NCBI GenBank assembly: GCA_004764695.1 | Contig: SMSO01000037.1 | Coordinates: 1,588,747 to 1,652,746 of the forward strand | Reading direction: 5' to 3' | Origin: Schizochytrium sp. TIO01 | Taxonomy: Eukaryota; Protista; Bigyra: Labyrinthulomycetes | Length of the DNA: 64,000 nucleotides | Shown here: in pieces, positions 62,388 through 64,000 of the stretch | How positions within the stretch are numbered: position 1 is the stretch's first letter | Layout: every line of letters begins with the position of its first letter | Program-made: the position numbers and the translations under genes | Notes under the pieces: generated by a model | Seen by the model: the letters and a program-made list of their open reading frames with translations, nothing else | The model's database searches: none | What the model was told of the DNA's origin: nothing

Positions 62388-64000
62388 CTACTTAATAAGT
62401 TCCTTGAGCCATTCACCACGGATTCCATTTTCAACAAGATCATCAAGCTCAGCGCGGACCTTCTCAGGATCACTACCGCCCATTTCACAGTAGTACTTGA
62501 GCTTAGGCTCGGTACCACTCATGCGCAGAGTAACTACACAACCGTTCTCAAAAGTGAATGTGAGCATACTACTGCTTGAGGAAACAGGTAATGTTGGTTT
62601 GTTGTCTGGCTGGGAATTATCAAAACCAGGGCTGAGAAGGTCCCGCACGTACTTCACTTTGTACTTGCCACACGTTTCTACATATTTACCGTTGCCGCCA
62701 AGCGCGGCAAAAACGCGTTTGTTGGCCTCTACATCGCGGCTCAAGACATAGCCATTGTTGGTGATAAAGTATCCGTACTTCTTAGAGAGGTCGTCGTAGT
62801 AGTCTGCACATGTTTTGCCTTCCTTCTTCAGCTGGTTGGCCATTTCTGCAAACACTGCCATGCCCGAAATGCCGTCCTTATCTGGAACGATGTCTCCAAG
62901 GCAAAATCCAATGGCCTCCTCAAAACCAAAGATAACGTCGAATCCTTCGTCACGAAGCTCAATAGTGTGGTTTCCAATCCACTTGAAGCCCGTGAGGCAC
63001 TCATCGAAGCGGAACCCTTCCTTCTCACCCACTGCGCGAAGCATCTTGGAGGACACGGTGGAAGCAATCATTGCGACACCTTTGTCGTGTTTGACACGTT
63101 TCTTGGGCACGTCCTTTTCTTCCCCATCTTCATTAGTATCATCGCTCCCACTAGCTACCACATTCTGCTTATTTTTTTGCCAGTTAGTCCATTGCCACAC
63201 ACCAAGAAGGGTACCGATTTCGTTACCTGTGAAGACGCGCCAACCAGAGCCGTCCGTTTTCTTTTCTGCAACAGCGAGTCGATCTGCATCTGGGTCATTT
63301 GCAAGAATTAGAGTGCAGTCTTCGCTGTCAGCTGCTTCGATAGCCGGGTCTAGAGCGCCCTTCTCCTCCGGGTTCGGGAATGGGGTTGTTGGGAAGTCTG
63401 GGTCTGGCTCAACCTGAGCTGCCACAGGGACAAATGGGGGTAGTCCAAATGCCTCAAAGCTCTTGCGGGCCCACCTGTGGCCAACGCCGTGCATTGCTGA
63501 GTACGCAATCTTGAGCTCCGATGCAGCATTGTCTTCCTTAAACCTGCACAGCTTCCTCGCTACCTCCTCAAAGTACGCATCTGCCACCTCATCCAGCACG
63601 TCCTCTACAGCGCCCAAACTTTGGTCACCATTCGTTTTGTCGGCATCTTGGTCTTTGGCGGCCTCGAGCAGGTCCTCGAGCTTGGCTTTGCCAATTTGCT
63701 CGTCCCATGGTTCAAGATTGTCTTCGATAGACTTGGCAATACCTACATCATGGGGTGCGAGCAATTGTACGGCGTTTTCCCAGTAGATCTTAATGCCTCC
63801 ATCGGGCCTCGGGTTGTGGCTGCAGGTGACCATGATGCCAGCTGCAGCAGTGAAGCGCTGCACTGCGAAGGGAACCATAGGCGTGGCGACGATTTCACGC
63901 AGCAGAATCACCTTGACACCACGAAGTCTACACGCAGCGGCCATAATAGCTGCGAACCCGCGTGAGGTCAGTGTGCCGCGCTCGCGGTGGTCAAAGCCGA
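62388..64000 (-). CDS. PGM2: Phosphoglucomutase-2/phosphopentomutase-like alpha-D-phosphohexomutase, 5' end beyond the window
   Basis: The frame stays open to the window edge (GFDHR...SRGFA). Catalytic Ser loop TCSHNP, YSAMHGVG, FPNPEE, metal loop DPDADR, TGFKW, FEEAIG, DKDG and RMSGTEPKLKYY. Confidence 0.92.
   Translation of the reverse strand, partial: GFDHRERGTLTSRGFAAIMAAACRLRGVKVILLREIVATPMVPFAVQRFTAAAGIMVTCSHNPRPDGGIKIYWENAVQLLAPHDVGIAKSIEDNLEPWDEQIGKAKLEDLLEAAKDQDADKTNGDQSLGAVEDVLDEVADAYFEEVARKLCRFKEDNAASELKIAYSAMHGVGHRWARKSFEAFGLPPFVPVAAQVEPDPDFPTTPFPNPEEKGALDPAIEAADSEDCTLILANDPDADRLAVAEKKTDGSGWRVFTGNEIGTLLGVWQWTNWQKNKQNVVASGSDDTNEDGEEKDVPKKRVKHDKGVAMIASTVSSKMLRAVGEKEGFRFDECLTGFKWIGNHTIELRDEGFDVIFGFEEAIGFCLGDIVPDKDGISGMAVFAEMANQLKKEGKTCADYYDDLSKKYGYFITNNGYVLSRDVEANKRVFAALGGNGKYVETCGKYKVKYVRDLLSPGFDNSQPDNKPTLPVSSSSSMLTFTFENGCVVTLRMSGTEPKLKYYCEMGGSDPEKVRAELDDLVENGIRGEWLKELIK

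Overview
Eukaryotic nuclear DNA. It is intron-poor, with long single-exon genes, AT-rich intergenic spacers, microsatellites and two clear GT-AG spliceosomal introns. The gene set and architecture suggest a flagellated protist, possibly a thraustochytrid/labyrinthulomycete stramenopile (inference only). About 18 protein-coding genes can be supported: V-ATPase proteolipid c, a PQ-loop transporter, VTC4, CPSF2, a family III CoA-transferase, a peroxisomal crotonase, IQCH, a partial PGM2-like phosphomutase, and several multidomain or orphan proteins. No rRNA, convincing tRNA, CRISPR array or intact mobile element was found. The standout is the 1739-aa gene at 7567..12786 (-). It joins eukaryote-style RI-like LRRs and a SPRY domain to a second LRR class and a C-terminal NEL ('novel E3 ligase', IpaH/SspH-type) domain with an intact Cys-x-Asp site, followed by a U-box-like tail. 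This looks like a bacterial-effector-type ubiquitin ligase built into a possible eukaryotic sensor-ligase protein. Other notable items are a divergent TFIIA-gamma-like protein, a Tudor/TFIIS-M/SPOC/SURP protein, an Sfi1-like/WW/IQ/B-box protein, a five-CH-domain protein, and a PGM2 with an altered active-site loop and an NLS-like insert. All domain calls come from reading motifs by eye; no database searches were run.
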